Shown here: in pieces, positions 23,101 through 24,151 of the stretch
Position numbering within the stretch: the first letter of the stretch is position 1
Layout: each line of letters starts with the position of its first letter
Source of the DNA: Utricularia gibba
Taxonomy: Eukaryota; Plantae; Magnoliophyta
Direction of reading: 5' to 3'
Assembly: GCA_002189035.1 (NCBI GenBank)
Contig: NEEC01000464.1
Location: 1 to 24,151 of the forward strand
DNA length: 24,151 nt
Position numbers and translations under genes: made by a program
The notes under the pieces: model-generated
Told to the model about the DNA's origin: nothing
Databases searched by the model: none
Seen by the model: only the letters and a program-made list of their open reading frames with translations

Positions 23101-24151
23101 ACCCAAAAACGACAAGCTTTTCCTTCAGAAACCATGTAGGCAGCTGCCGAAAACCCAACGTTAATAAATGGATCACTTTTTTTGCCGGGCTACAAATGAC
23201 TATGGCCCGAGCCCGACCCGACCTCCGGCCCGATCCTGGTGCCCCTCGAGAGCGCCTCCTCAAATATAAAGCTTGTGGATGAGAAAACCATTTGGGGTGC
23301 TCATGACATCCTAACTTCAATAAATGCATCACGATTTTCGTCGAATAGGACCCGATTGGGCTCAGGAGTCGAACCGAACCTTGGGTCCGGACGAACTTCC
23401 CAATGAAAGCACCCAACCAAAAACGACAAGCTTTTCCTTCAGAAACCATGTAAGCAGCTGCCGAAAACCCAACGTTAATAAATGGATCACTTTTTTTGCC
23501 GGGCTACAAATGACTATGGCCCGAGCCCGACCCGACCTCCGGCCCGATCCTGGTGCCCCTCGAGAGCGCCTCCTCAAATATAAAGCTTGTGGATGAGAAA
23601 ACCATTTGGGGTGCTCATGACATCCTAACTTCAATAAATGCATCACGATTTTCGTCGAATAGGACCCGATTGGGCTCAGGAGTCGAACCGAACCTTGGGT
23701 CCGGACGAACTTCCCAATGAAAGCACCCAACCAAAAACGACAAGCTTTTCCTTCAGAAACCATGTAGCAGCTGCCGAAAACCCAACGTTAATAAATGGAT
23801 CACTTTTTTTGCCGGGCTACAAATGACTATGGGCCCGAGCCCGACCGACCTCCGGCCCGATCCTGGTGCCCCTCGAGAGCGCCTCCTCAAATATAAAGCT
23901 TGTGGATGAGAAAACCATTTGGGTGCTCATGACATCCTAACTTCAATAAATGCATCACGATTTTCGTCGAATAGGACCCGATTGGGCTCAGGAGTCGAAC
24001 CGAACCTTGGGTCCGGACGAACTTCCCAACGAAAGCACCCAACCAAAAACGACAAGCTTTTCCTTCAGAAACCATGTAGGCAGCTGCCGAAAACCAACGT
24101 TAATAAATGGATCACTTTTTTTTGCCGGGCTACAAATGACTATGGGCCCGA

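Larger units (their letters stand above)
1..24151. repeat. Head-to-tail tandem satellite array, ~315 bp monomer, ~78 copies, running off both window ends
   Basis: The marker TGTGG(A/T)TGAGAAAACCATTTGGGG recurs at 1, 307, 615, 922, 1233 ... 19516, 19831, 20146 ... 23588, 23901, giving 78 monomer starts counted by eye. Clean copies are exactly 315 bp apart (19516/19831/20146). All copies are on the same strand and there is no unique sequence anywhere. The satellite interpretation is an inference from this architecture, and the family is not recognised. Confidence 0.97.

Noticed and set aside
2-24075. All six-frame ORFs (60-205 aa, e.g. MDEKTIWGAHDILTSINASR..., ...KIVMHLLKLGCHEHPKW...)
   Set aside because: They are the same repeat translated in several overlapping frames on both strands. 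Frames shift with 1-bp indels from copy to copy, there is no recognisable domain, and no frame stays open across the 315 bp unit.
1-24151. CRISPR array
   Set aside because: There are no unique spacers, the entire 315 bp unit repeats, and no cas genes are present.
1-24151. Rolling-circle concatemer of a single viroid-like or small circular template
   Set aside because: The size would fit, but linked A/B haplotypes recur with higher-order spacing, which one template cannot produce. I found no hammerhead core (CTGANGA) on either strand of the consensus. An eccDNA or amplification origin is not formally excluded without read metadata.

Overview
The whole window is one uninterrupted, single-orientation tandem array of a ~315 bp, ~50% GC monomer: 77 complete copies plus a partial 78th, open at both edges. 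It is most likely eukaryotic satellite DNA. I do not recognise the family or the organism. I found no credible genes, RNA genes, transposon insertions or CRISPR spacers, and all listed ORFs are short, frame-unstable translations of the repeat. The structure of interest lies inside the repeat. (1) Each 315 bp unit is itself a diverged dimer of a ~157 bp ancestral unit (159 + 156 bp halves, each starting at AAGCTT). (2) A distinct 'B' monomer subtype recurs every 4 units (~1.24 kb) between 10.1 and 15.3 kb. (3) The array divides into domains with different variant patterns. (4) One half carries an exact Pol III B-box match on the minus strand, which most B monomers lose. (5) Several monomers are locally rearranged. 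Many differences are 1-bp homopolymer deletions typical of long-read error, so fine variant calls need read-level confirmation. All monomer positions and counts were made by hand.
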